From: Patescibacteria group bacterium
Lineage (GTDB): Bacteria; Patescibacteriota; Patescibacteriia; UM-FILTER-42-10
DNA: 64,000 nucleotides
Assembly: GCA_041666485.1 (NCBI GenBank)
Contig: JBAYGW010000003.1
Span: 16,415 to 80,414, forward strand
Direction: 5' to 3'
Position 1 is the first letter of the stretch; each line of letters starts with the position of its first letter. The notes beneath the pieces are model-generated. The model was not told the DNA's origin. It worked only from the letters and a program-made list of their open reading frames with translations, and made no database searches. This document shows, in pieces, positions 37,763 to 47,454 of the stretch. Both the position numbers and the translations under genes were made by a program.

Positions 37763-38719
37763 TTATAGATTCTTGAAAATCCATGGATAATGCTTTTCAA
37801 CTAAATAAGCAACATCACGTGGCTTAATAATACCAAATTCACAAATTATTCCTTTGATGAATTTAGATGGAATGCGGTCAAAAGCGAAATTGATTATTTT
37901 TAATCCTTTCGGACCGTTCGGCCAGATTTCTTTGCGATCCCGCAATTCAATGCCAACATATTTGCTGATAAATGTTTCCGGATCGGTTTTTAAAAGTGAA
38001 GCGGCGACATAAACCGGAATTTTTTCGTGGTTAGCAACCTGGGCGATTCCGTAGCTACCGACTTTGTTGATCACTGAGCCGCCGGATGTAACCGAGTCTG
38101 CACCCAAAAAAGCAATATCCACCATCACTTCCCGGCCACTGGTTCTGCTGATCAGAAAAGCGGCAGCTGAATCAGCCACCATTGTGACGTCAATCTTTCG
38201 CTTTAATAGATTCTTAGCTGTTATTCGCCCCTGGAAAAGCGGGCGGGTTTCTGTACAAAAAACATGCGGCATCTTTGAATGTTTATTAGCCTCAGTAATA
38301 ATATGCTCCACAGTTGAAGAATGGCAGTGCGTGAATACTTTCATATCTTGCTTAATCAGTTTTGCGCCGGCTACGGCAATTTTTTGATCATGATATTTCA
38401 GCAAAACTAAAAAAAGATGGCAAGCTTTTTTTAGCAACTTCGCCAACTCAGGCACGGATAAACCTTCTTTATTATTCTCTAAATAATGTAAAACGAATTG
38501 GACTGAATTACGGGACAGCGGTTCGGTCGGCCTTGCTTCCGCCAAGGCTTTGCCACTTTTACGAATAGCAGAAAGAAACTGGCTTTTATTTTTTTTTAGC
38601 AATTGATTACTTTCCAACTGCAACGCGTCCAAAATTACTTTGGTTATCTGCGTTGCACCCTGTATTTCTAAAGATGCTATTTTTGTTACTGTTTTTTGTA
38701 CTGCGCTATTCATAAACAC
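37763..38719 (-). CDS. ribose-1,5-bisphosphate isomerase (eIF-2B alpha/beta/delta family, E2b2-type)
   Basis: 318-aa eIF-2B-family ORF (TRPLFQGR, GADSV motifs) directly upstream of RuBisCO. Confidence 0.8.
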   Translation of the reverse strand: MFMNSAVQKTVTKIASLEIQGATQITKVILDALQLESNQLLKKNKSQFLSAIRKSGKALAEARPTEPLSRNSVQFVLHYLENNKEGLSVPELAKLLKKACHLFLVLLKYHDQKIAVAGAKLIKQDMKVFTHCHSSTVEHIITEANKHSKMPHVFCTETRPLFQGRITAKNLLKRKIDVTMVADSAAAFLISRTSGREVMVDIAFLGADSVTSGGSVINKVGSYGIAQVANHEKIPVYVAASLLKTDPETFISKYVGIELRDRKEIWPNGPKGLKIINFAFDRIPSKFIKGIICEFGIIKPRDVAYLVEKHYPWIFKNL

Positions 38720-38734
38720 AGTATACCATTTATA

Positions 38735-40558
38735 TCATTCCCATTCAATCGTCCCTGGCGGCTTGTTGGTGAAATCAAAAACAATCAAATCTATTTGTTT
38801 TATTCTTTTTAAGCGTCCGACAACCTGGTCAATAAAAGATCGGGACAACGGGAAATACTTGACCGTCATTGCTTCCTCCGATTGCACGGGGCGCAAAATT
38901 ACTGTGTAGCCGCCCGCAATGGAATATGGGGCCAGGATTACGGGAAATTGCCAGATTTTAGAATCCAGTCGGGCTTTTTTCATTTCAGACTGTACTATGT
39001 CGTCAATATTCTGCAGTAGAGCCACGTTTTTTTTCGTCAGCAGAAGTTTAATATTTTTTCCTCCGCTAATATCTTTTTTCCTGCTAAAAATCACCCAGCA
39101 CACCCGATTTACATTTTGAATCTGATTTGCCACGAGCGGACCGAGCTTTTGCATTTGAATAGTATTCATTTCTCCGGAGAAAACCGCGGGATGGGCGTAA
39201 GTCCGTTCATCGCCCTGAACGCCCACACTTCTGACCGGTAGTACCCAGCCTTTAATATCTGATTTGTTCTCATAATTGAACTGCGAGATTATTATATCCA
39301 AATCGGCATTTTCTTTCTTTACATTTACATGCACCTTATTTCCCCGGGAACAAATTATACGGATTGCCAACCCCGGACCGGGAAATGGATGACGATTGAT
39401 AATTTCTCCAGGCAAGCCGATCTGCTTGCCGAGCTGCCGTACTTCGTCTTTGTACAAGTCTTTCAAAGGCTCAATGACCAACCCGCGTTTTATTAATTCC
39501 AAAACTTCTTTTACCCGATTATGGTGTGTTTTTATTTTATCGGCGTGCTTCGTCCCGCCCGATTCAATTGTATCCGGATAAATAGTCCCCTGCGCCAGAA
39601 TCCATTCCTTTGGATTCAGTTTGAATTTCTTCATCGCAATTCTTTGAACATCCAGATACGTCCTGCCGATAATCTCGCGTTTGCGTTCCGGACTGATAAT
39701 ACCTTTTAACCTCTTATAGAATAGTACGGAAGCATCCATTACTTCCAGATTGGTAAACCCTAGTTTATTGAAACGTTTTTTTATTTCCTCTGATTCATTT
39801 TTTCTCATGAACCCCAGATCAATATGCAGACCAAACACCTTTTCTTTGCCCAAGATCCGATTCAGTAACCCGAAACATACGGCAGAATCAACTCCGCCGG
39901 AAACCAGCAAAAATACCTTGCGACTTCCTACTTTCCTAACTATCTCTTTTTCAATATCAGTTAAGTAATGTTTAATATCCCATTCCTTTTTAGCGCCGCA
40001 GATACTGAAAACAAAGTTATTAATTAATTCCATTCCACGTTCTGTATGTGATACTTCGGGGTGAAACTGGACTCCGTATATTTTCATTATGCTGTTTCCC
40101 ATCGCTGCTACCGGGCAATCAGCAGTCTTTGCCATGACTTTAAATCCCTTCGGCACATTTAATACAAGATCACCATGACTCATCCAAACCTGTTCGTTTG
40201 CACCAAATTTCCTGAACAGCTTGCCGGGTTCAATTACTGACAGGTTGGCAAAACCATATTCTCTCACATCACCCCTGACTACTTTTCCGCCCATTAGATA
40301 GGTGATCAGTTGGTGACCATAGCAAACACCTAGGATTGGTACGCCGCTTTTCAGTATTCTCCGGTCAAATTTTATTTTCCCGTCATAAACGCTGTTTGGT
40401 CCGCCGGACAGGATTATTCCCCAGGACGACCTTAATTCTTCAAGTGGCGTTTCGGGATTGTAAATATTAGCTAAAACACCAAGTTGCCGGATTCTGCGTG
40501 CAATCAGGTGGGTATATTGTGAACCAAAATCCAGAATTGTTATGTGTTTTTGTTTCAT
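38735..40558 (-). CDS. guaA: GMP synthase (glutamine-hydrolysing), long-form C-terminal domain
   Basis: GATase GVCYGHQL, PP-loop SGGVDS, SVGVQGDERTY and C-terminal GTIEWE. At 607 aa it is longer than typical bacterial GuaA. Confidence 0.93.
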   Translation of the reverse strand: MKQKHITILDFGSQYTHLIARRIRQLGVLANIYNPETPLEELRSSWGIILSGGPNSVYDGKIKFDRRILKSGVPILGVCYGHQLITYLMGGKVVRGDVREYGFANLSVIEPGKLFRKFGANEQVWMSHGDLVLNVPKGFKVMAKTADCPVAAMGNSIMKIYGVQFHPEVSHTERGMELINNFVFSICGAKKEWDIKHYLTDIEKEIVRKVGSRKVFLLVSGGVDSAVCFGLLNRILGKEKVFGLHIDLGFMRKNESEEIKKRFNKLGFTNLEVMDASVLFYKRLKGIISPERKREIIGRTYLDVQRIAMKKFKLNPKEWILAQGTIYPDTIESGGTKHADKIKTHHNRVKEVLELIKRGLVIEPLKDLYKDEVRQLGKQIGLPGEIINRHPFPGPGLAIRIICSRGNKVHVNVKKENADLDIIISQFNYENKSDIKGWVLPVRSVGVQGDERTYAHPAVFSGEMNTIQMQKLGPLVANQIQNVNRVCWVIFSRKKDISGGKNIKLLLTKKNVALLQNIDDIVQSEMKKARLDSKIWQFPVILAPYSIAGGYTVILRPVQSEEAMTVKYFPLSRSFIDQVVGRLKRIKQIDLIVFDFTNKPPGTIEWE

Positions 40559-40653
40559 ACTTGTCTTTATTGTAAAATATACTTACAATTAAAACAACAT
40601 TTTAACCCTAATCCCTTGTCCCTACTACCTAACTTCGCATATTACCAGGTAGA

Positions 40654-40691
40654 GATTACGAATTACCAAATTGCCAATTACTAATTACTAG
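40654..40691. repeat. AATTAC heptamer array (candidate operator) in the guaA/guaB divergent region
   Basis: On the plus strand: GATTACGAATTACCAAATTGCCAATTACTAATTAC, 20 nt before the guaB ATG. It shares both 12-13-mers with the 36421-36475 array. Confidence 0.6.
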
Positions 40692-40711
40692 TTCCTAAAC
40701 CCTAAAAAAAT

Positions 40712-42187
40712 ATGTTTACCCAGTTTGAAGAAACATTAACATTTGATGATGTATTGTTAGTTCCGCAAAAGTCATCAATTCTTCCGAATGAAACCGAGAT
40801 TAAAACCAGGCTGACACGCAGGATAAATTTAAATATTCCATTAATCTCATCCCCGATGGACACTGTAACCGAACACCGGCTGGCGATCGCCCTGGCACTG
40901 CACGGCGGAATCGGGATAATTCATAAAAATATGCCTGCCGACAAACAGGCGCAGGAAGTAAGTTTTGTAAAAAGATTTGAAAACGGCTTTATTGAAAATC
41001 CTGCCACACTGCAGCCGGAAGATCCGATTGATGACGCGGCGGAAATTAGAGACAAAAAAGGATACAAAAAAATTCCGATTGTTGATAAAAACAACAAGCT
41101 GGTGGGAATGATTACCGAGCAGGATTATTTCGTGCCCGACGATTTGAAACTGCCGATAAAATTTAAAATGAAACGTTTGAATGAAATTGTGGTCGCTAAG
41201 CACGGCATCACCCTCCAACAAGCAAATAAAATTATTAGGGAGAAAAAGCTCACCGCATTGCCGATCGTTAATAAGCAGGGAAAACTGGTTAGTATGGTTA
41301 CCAGAAAAGATTTGGAAAAAAACGAGCAGCACCCCAATGCCTGCAAGGATGATAAAAAACAACTGCGGGTCGGTGCCGCTATTTCCGTCGGCCCGGAAGC
41401 TCTGGAACGCGCCAAATATTTGGTTGCCGCCGGAGTAGATGTATTGGTCGTTGATACCGCTCACGGCCATACTAAGGGCGTATTGGATACGGTAAGAGCG
41501 CTGAAAAAAAATAAATTGTTTTCTAATATTGATATCATCGCCGGGAATGTCGCAACAGAAGAAGGAACCAGAGATCTGATCAGGGCTGGTGCGGACGCTG
41601 TAAAGGTAGGGGTCGGGCCGGGATCAATCTGTACCACCAGAGTAATTGCGGGGATCGGTGTACCACAAATCAGCGCGATTCTGGCGGCGGTAAAAGGCCG
41701 GGGTAAATCCAATATTCCCATTATTGCTGACGGCGGTATCCGATACTCAGGCGATATAGTAAAAGCACTTGGTGCTAAAGCGGATTCCGTAATGATCGGC
41801 AGTCTTTTTGCCGGTTGTGAAGAAACACCAGGTGAAATAGAGTATGAAGGTGGCAAAATGTATAAATCCTACCGCGGGATGGGTTCAAAAGAAGCCATGA
41901 TCCACGGATCCAAAGACCGTTACGGACAGGGAGAGCAAAAAGACAGTGAAAAACTGGTGCCGGAAGGTGTATCAGCCAGGGTTATTTATAAAGGGCTGGT
42001 TTCAAGACACATATATCAGTTGATCGGCGGGATTAGATCCGGTATGGGTTATATCGGCTCTAAAACAATTTCGGAGTTGCACAGGAAAGCAAGATTTATT
42101 AAAATCAGCTCTGCGGGACTGCGAGAAAGTCATCCACATGATGTAACAATTACAAAACAGCCGCCAAATTATCATTCGGAAAAATAA
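40712..42187 (+). CDS. guaB: IMP dehydrogenase
   Basis: CBS pair insert, [11 protein letters not shown] catalytic Cys loop and GGIRYSGD. Confidence 0.95.
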   Translation: MFTQFEETLTFDDVLLVPQKSSILPNETEIKTRLTRRINLNIPLISSPMDTVTEHRLAIALALHGGIGIIHKNMPADKQAQEVSFVKRFENGFIENPATLQPEDPIDDAAEIRDKKGYKKIPIVDKNNKLVGMITEQDYFVPDDLKLPIKFKMKRLNEIVVAKHGITLQQANKIIREKKLTALPIVNKQGKLVSMVTRKDLEKNEQHPNACKDDKKQLRVGAAISVGPEALERAKYLVAAGVDVLVVDTAHGHTKGVLDTVRALKKNKLFSNIDIIAGNVATEEGTRDLIRAGADAVKVGVGPGSICTTRVIAGIGVPQISAILAAVKGRGKSNIPIIADGGIRYSGDIVKALGAKADSVMIGSLFAGCEETPGEIEYEGGKMYKSYRGMGSKEAMIHGSKDRYGQGEQKDSEKLVPEGVSARVIYKGLVSRHIYQLIGGIRSGMGYIGSKTISELHRKARFIKISSAGLRESHPHDVTITKQPPNYHSEK

Positions 42188-42231
42188 TAAACAAAAGACG
42201 GATTTCACATCCGTCTTTTTAATTCGCTCTA

Positions 42232-43668
42232 TTAAATTCTTTTTCTCAACTTCATGTGCGCCTGTTGCAACTGCGTCAAAAGACTCGTTTCGTTGATAAA
42301 ATTATGCTTACGATTAGAAATAACAAAATTCCCGTTAATCATCAGATCCCTGATATTTCTACCCCCATACGTAATCATATTACTGACCAATGTCTTCGGG
42401 TCATTTGAATTGTACGGTAAGAATCCGCGATCCTGCAGTTTCCAGAACGCGATATCCGCCCGATATCCCGGCAGTATTTTGCCGACTTTTGGCAATCCCA
42501 ACAGTTTCGCACCTTGTGCAGTAATCATATTGAATAAATCACTATAGGGAACGATTTTTTTGTTTTGATGCATCGTTTTAGTCTGTAGCGCTTCCGTAAG
42601 CAAATCCAGCCTGTTTTTACTGACCACGCTGTCCGTTCCCAAGGCAATCTGTTTGGTTGCTTTAATCTTATGAAATAACGGATAATCAAACTGACCGCTA
42701 CGGTGCAGAAGATTGGATGTCGGCAGATGCACAACCCCGACCCTTCTTTTCTGAATTAATTCTACATCTTCCCTGCCCACATGCACGACATGCGACATCA
42801 TGGTCCTGGGATTTAATAGTCCAAACCGATCCAATACTTTCACCGGATGTTCTCCAAATTTTTTCATTGACTTCTCCAATGACTCCTTAGTTTCCGCGAC
42901 ATGGATCGTAAACAATGCATTATACTTTTTCTGAAGCAATCTAACTTTTTTAAAAATTGCCGGCGATGCCTTGTGCGGTTCATGGATCGCAATTGCGGGC
43001 TCCGTATGATATTTTGCTTTATTCTTCAGATATCTTTCAACCATTGCCGGAGTATTTTCCGGATGCGAGTTGCTCACCGCACTGACAGCATTAATCACTT
43101 CATGACCGGTTAGTTTTCCCGCATCGTCAATCGGTTCAAACACTCCATAGTGGCTAAGCGTTGTTGATATGCCGAACTTTTGTTGTTCAGTAAAATCCCC
43201 TACTGCCCCCAGAAAAAAATCGTCCTCAGTCATTTTCCCTTCTAACCTTGCCATACCTTTCAGTGTCTTTTCTAAATTCGCTTCGGAAAATGTTAATGTG
43301 GATCTGAGTAGATACATCGGGGGATGTGCGTGTGCATTAACTAACCCGGGGGTAACAACTATTCCACCGCCGAGCTCGGCATCATAAATTAGGTCAATCT
43401 CGGTTAAATCAACAAAAGATAATTCAGTTGCTTTTAATACTTTTACTATCACTCCATCCTCAATCAGAATTGATCGTCCGGATACAACCTCTAATTTTTC
43501 ATTCTCATTGATGGTAATTAAAAAGGGAATTCCGTGAATTAGAATTTTTCTCGGATTCCCTTCGCGCAACAAAGTATACCTGTTTTTCCCTTTCTGGCCA
43601 GCAGCAAAATTAATATCTTTCTGCCGATATTCAATCTCGCTTTTAAGTTCGGAAAACTCGTTTCTCAT
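42232..43668 (-). CDS. amidohydrolase family protein (nucleoside/nucleobase deaminase-like)
   Basis: NAHAHPPMY HxH metal motif, later HVAE and HVVH, and TDS near the C-terminus. Start set at MRNEF to avoid overlap with queG. Confidence 0.7.
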   Translation of the reverse strand: MRNEFSELKSEIEYRQKDINFAAGQKGKNRYTLLREGNPRKILIHGIPFLITINENEKLEVVSGRSILIEDGVIVKVLKATELSFVDLTEIDLIYDAELGGGIVVTPGLVNAHAHPPMYLLRSTLTFSEANLEKTLKGMARLEGKMTEDDFFLGAVGDFTEQQKFGISTTLSHYGVFEPIDDAGKLTGHEVINAVSAVSNSHPENTPAMVERYLKNKAKYHTEPAIAIHEPHKASPAIFKKVRLLQKKYNALFTIHVAETKESLEKSMKKFGEHPVKVLDRFGLLNPRTMMSHVVHVGREDVELIQKRRVGVVHLPTSNLLHRSGQFDYPLFHKIKATKQIALGTDSVVSKNRLDLLTEALQTKTMHQNKKIVPYSDLFNMITAQGAKLLGLPKVGKILPGYRADIAFWKLQDRGFLPYNSNDPKTLVSNMITYGGRNIRDLMINGNFVISNRKHNFINETSLLTQLQQAHMKLRKRI

Positions 43669-43678
43669 TTGCTTGATA

Positions 43679-44713
43679 TTATAACAGGATTTGCTTTTTT
43701 GCCCAAATTGCGTGAGCTGCGACCATTTCATCCTCATTTTTAATTAATAGCTCAATGGAAGGTAGCGCTTCCACACTCCCCCAATTCCCCAGGGCAACCG
43801 CTACATTTCTCATGAATCCGCGATATTTTGTTCTCTTTATCGGGCTGTTTTTGAATCTAGCCATAAAATCCTCTGCAGATAATTTTGCCAAATCTACTAG
43901 AGACGGGGCGATTAAATCTTCATGGGCAGTAAATTCTTGAAATGACGTTGGTAATGATTTGCTGTTCCAAGGGCAAACCTCCTGACAAATATCACAGCCG
44001 TAAATTCTATTTTTCATAAGCTTGCGAAATTCTACTGGTATTTCATTTTTTAATTCTATCGTAAGATATGAAATACAACGCCTAGCATCAAGCACCTTGT
44101 TTGCCACCAACGCTCCGGTAGGACAGCTCTTTCTGCATCGCTGGCAGGTTCCGCATGATCCAATCAGTTTATTTACATAACTGTCTAATTCTATATCTAT
44201 TAATATCTCACCCAGAAATATATATGAACCGGTTCTGTAATTTATCAAATTAGTGTTGTTGCCAGTAAATCCTAATCCTGCGCGCTCAGCAAACTCCCTT
44301 TCCAAAAAAGGCCCCGTATCAACATACATCTTTGCGCTGACATTTTTTTTCATCACAACTGAAATGGCTTCAACATATTTTTCCAGTCTCGTTTTAACTA
44401 TCTTGTGATAGTCGTCAAACCACGCATAGCGGGCAATGATTCCTCTTGAAGGATCATTTAGTAATTCAGCCGGGATATCCTGCGTAAAATAACTTACCCC
44501 AACCATAATAATTGATTTTGCTTGGGGAAATATTTTTCTCGGATCTTCGCGTTTTTCCTGGCCGCGCCGGATCCAATCCATATCCCCCGCCATTCCTAAG
44601 CTTATCCACTGGTCAAGTTGACGTTTTTGTTTGCTGGGCTGTACCGGTATTATTCCAAGCAAATCAAAACCTAGTTTTTTTCCGGCATTATGAATACTGC
44701 GAGTAATTTCCAT
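43679..44713 (-). CDS. queG: epoxyqueuosine reductase
   Basis: Two 4Fe-4S motifs CGTCQRCRKSCP and CDICQEVCPWN, and a C-terminal HEAT-like tail. Confidence 0.88.
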   Translation of the reverse strand: MEITRSIHNAGKKLGFDLLGIIPVQPSKQKRQLDQWISLGMAGDMDWIRRGQEKREDPRKIFPQAKSIIMVGVSYFTQDIPAELLNDPSRGIIARYAWFDDYHKIVKTRLEKYVEAISVVMKKNVSAKMYVDTGPFLEREFAERAGLGFTGNNTNLINYRTGSYIFLGEILIDIELDSYVNKLIGSCGTCQRCRKSCPTGALVANKVLDARRCISYLTIELKNEIPVEFRKLMKNRIYGCDICQEVCPWNSKSLPTSFQEFTAHEDLIAPSLVDLAKLSAEDFMARFKNSPIKRTKYRGFMRNVAVALGNWGSVEALPSIELLIKNEDEMVAAHAIWAKKQILL

Positions 44714-44754
44714 ATGAATATTTTAGCAATTAATGGGATATTAGCACAATTGAA

Positions 44755-44783
44755 TTGACACCCGTCAAATTTGAGCCTAAACT
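44755..44783 (+). promoter_or_regulatory. sigma70-like promoter of the BCCP-like cassette
   Basis: TTGACA, a 17-nt spacer, then TAAACT. Confidence 0.5.
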
Positions 44784-44844
44784 CTATATGGCCTGAAAAG
44801 CCATTTGTTCATTGTCACCGGCTCAACACCAGAAAGGAGCAGAC

Positions 44845-45267
44845 ATGGACTTGAAAAAAGTCCGGCAAATAGTCAGCCTGCTCCAAGAGCATCCAACTAT
44901 TGCCGAGCTGGAAGTAAGGAACACGATGGGATTTGAAAAAATCCTGATCCGGAGGTCTCCTCCGATCATCCCCGAGAGTCAGACACAAGCAACAGTTGTA
45001 CTGGCACGACCGACCTTTTTCATCACCGCTCCGGATGTCGGATGGTACCTGGCCGCTGCCGATCTGGAGAAAAATCCGCCGCTTACCAAGGGCAGTTTTG
45101 TTTCCCAGGGCGAAATCGTGGGTTACATTGAAAACCACGGAATTCGGAATGAAGTCGTTGCGGAATTCGCCGGGACAGTCATGCATGTACATGCTGAAAC
45201 CGGTAAACCGGTGGAGTACGACCAGAAGCTGTACACAATCTTACTTTCCGAACCTTCCAGATGCTAA
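44845..45267 (+). CDS. biotin carboxyl carrier protein-like protein lacking the biotinyl-lysine
   Basis: AccB-like N-terminus (MDLKKVRQIVSLLQEH..IAELEV) and a C-terminal lipoyl/biotinyl fold (GEIVGYIE-NHGI-RNEVVAEFAGTV..GKPVEYDQKLY). NHGI replaces the AMKM motif. AAAGGAGC SD; G+C-enriched. Confidence 0.6.
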   Translation: MDLKKVRQIVSLLQEHPTIAELEVRNTMGFEKILIRRSPPIIPESQTQATVVLARPTFFITAPDVGWYLAAADLEKNPPLTKGSFVSQGEIVGYIENHGIRNEVVAEFAGTVMHVHAETGKPVEYDQKLYTILLSEPSRC

Positions 45268-45283
45268 TTACCTGCTCATTTCG

Positions 45284-45310
45284 TCAAGCGCAATGCTTGA
45301 TGTTTTTTTT
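45284..45310 (+). terminator. intrinsic terminator
   Basis: TCAAGC-GCAAT-GCTTGA hairpin followed by TGTTTTTTTT. Confidence 0.7.
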
Positions 45311-45364
45311 AATTCCAATATGCGATATAATAGCTTAAACAAGATATTACACGTATAATATAAA

Positions 45365-46486
45365 ATGATTAAAGCCATCATATTTGATTTCGGGAACGTT
45401 ATAGCCAGTTTTGACAATGGTTTATTTTTGAAAAAAATTTCCAAATATACCAGTAAATCTATTGACAAGTTGTATGAACTAATCTATAAAAAATCAAAAC
45501 TGCCAAGCCAATACGAACAGGGAAAAATTAACTCCGATGAATTTTACAACCAAGTTGTAAAACTATGTGATCTGAAAATCAGTCAGATACAATTTAGAGA
45601 CGCCTATACTCAGATATTCACACCGATTCCGGAAACAATTGAGCTGATTAATGCACTTAAGCCAAATTATAAGCTGGGGCTTTTATCCAGCACCAGCGAG
45701 TGGGATTTTGAATTTGGATTCAAACCGCTAATTGATGTGTCTATTTTTGATTCAATTACATTAACCTATCAGCTAGGAATTAAAAAACCGGATCCGAAAT
45801 TATTTCACGATGCTTTAAATAAACTGAGTGTTGCCCCAAACGAAACTGCCTATATTGATGATCTCCCGGAAACAATTGAAGTAGCCAATAATCTGGGTAT
45901 TCATGGAATATTATTTACCGGTAATGACACCCTGCAAGCATCACTGCATAAACTGGGGGTTGAAGTTAATAATACCTACCGCCCGAATTATGTGCAAAAA
46001 GTTACGATAGCTGACGAGAATGACAAAAAAATTGGATACAAATACCGGGATCAAATCACAGAGACAGATATTTTTCGGGCGACCGGCTTGTGGATTACCA
46101 ATTCAAAAGGCGAAATACTTTTAGCCCGAAGAGCACTGTCAAAAAAAATGCATCCGGGATTATGGAGTACCGCCGTTGCCGGAACAGTTGAAGAAGATGA
46201 AACATACGAACAAAATGTAATCAAAGAAGCTGAAGAGGAACTTGGTATCGTTGGCGAAACTTTTATTCCGTATGAAAAAACCAGAATCCGAGGAAAACAC
46301 AATTTCTTCATCCAATGGTACACTTTAGTCATAAATAAAAAAGCTGAGGAATTCATGTTGCAACCAGAGGAAGTGGTTGAAGTAAAATGGTTCAAAAAAT
46401 CCGAGCTAAAATTGTTGCTGAAAGAAAAACCGGAAATATTTACGTCTTCGCTGCCTCAGTGGGTATCTTTATTCCTGGCGAAATAG
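45365..46486 (+). CDS. HAD-superfamily hydrolase fused to a NUDIX (IDI-like) domain
   Basis: N-terminal IIFDFGNV (DxG-type HAD motif I) and a later YIDD. The C-terminal half carries GLWSTAVAGTVEEDETYEQNVIKEAEEELG. Confidence 0.75.
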   Translation: MIKAIIFDFGNVIASFDNGLFLKKISKYTSKSIDKLYELIYKKSKLPSQYEQGKINSDEFYNQVVKLCDLKISQIQFRDAYTQIFTPIPETIELINALKPNYKLGLLSSTSEWDFEFGFKPLIDVSIFDSITLTYQLGIKKPDPKLFHDALNKLSVAPNETAYIDDLPETIEVANNLGIHGILFTGNDTLQASLHKLGVEVNNTYRPNYVQKVTIADENDKKIGYKYRDQITETDIFRATGLWITNSKGEILLARRALSKKMHPGLWSTAVAGTVEEDETYEQNVIKEAEEELGIVGETFIPYEKTRIRGKHNFFIQWYTLVINKKAEEFMLQPEEVVEVKWFKKSELKLLLKEKPEIFTSSLPQWVSLFLAK

Positions 46487-46499
46487 ATTTGTACTATTG

Positions 46500-47420
46500 T
46501 TATATTTTTTTTGGAAACAGAATAGACAGGATAATTGAAGCAAAAAGCGCGAGCATAATGATGCCAAATGAGATTAATGACGATATATGGACACCAAATA
46601 TCCCAGAAAGCATTTTCAATCCGATAAACAACAGAATAAATGCCAAACCTTTCTGCAGATGATGAAAACGATGGAGTACGCTTTCAATCAGGAAGAATAA
46701 TGCTCTCAACCCCAGAATTGCAAAAATGTTTGAAGTGAATACAATAAAGAAATTTTGGGAAATAGCAAAGACCGCTGGAATTGAATCCACCGCAAAAAGG
46801 ATATCCGTCGCCTCAATCAATATCATTATTAAAAATAGCGAGGTAAACACAAACTTTCCATTTTCACGGTAAAAAAACTTTCCACTATGGTGGTTTACGG
46901 TAAATGGCAAATACTTTCGGGCAATTTTGATTATTCTATTATTATTAAAATCAACGTGCTCCTCTTTTTTCTCACGCAAAAGTTTAAAGCCGGTAAATAA
47001 TAATACCGCGCCAAAAATATACAACACCCAGTAAAATTGGTGAATAATATACGCTCCCACCCCGATAAAAATTCCGCGGAAAACAATTGCCCCCATTATG
47101 CCCCAGAACAAAACCCGGTGATGGTATTTTTCTTCTAATTTGAAATAACTGAAAATCAGCATCATCACAAACAGATTGTCAACGGACAACATTTTTTCCG
47201 TTACGTATGCGCTCATAAACTGGGCCGCCAGTTCATTACCCATATACAGAAGAATCAAAAAGCCGAACATTACGGAAATCAATATCCAAAATATTGATTG
47301 ATACAATGCCGGTTTGAATTCAATTCTATGGCTTCTCCGGTTAAAGAATCCAAGATCAACTATCATAAACAAAGTTACAATTATCCCGAAGAGAATAAAC
47401 AGTTTAGCTTGTATATCCAT
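46500..47420 (-). CDS. TerC family integral membrane protein
   Basis: SVDNLFVMMLIF and AVDSIPAVFAI paired TerC motifs. Confidence 0.9.
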   Translation of the reverse strand: MDIQAKLFILFGIIVTLFMIVDLGFFNRRSHRIEFKPALYQSIFWILISVMFGFLILLYMGNELAAQFMSAYVTEKMLSVDNLFVMMLIFSYFKLEEKYHHRVLFWGIMGAIVFRGIFIGVGAYIIHQFYWVLYIFGAVLLFTGFKLLREKKEEHVDFNNNRIIKIARKYLPFTVNHHSGKFFYRENGKFVFTSLFLIMILIEATDILFAVDSIPAVFAISQNFFIVFTSNIFAILGLRALFFLIESVLHRFHHLQKGLAFILLFIGLKMLSGIFGVHISSLISFGIIMLALFASIILSILFPKKI

Positions 47421-47454
47421 AACAGCTGGTGCTTTATTATTTAAATCGTCTCAT

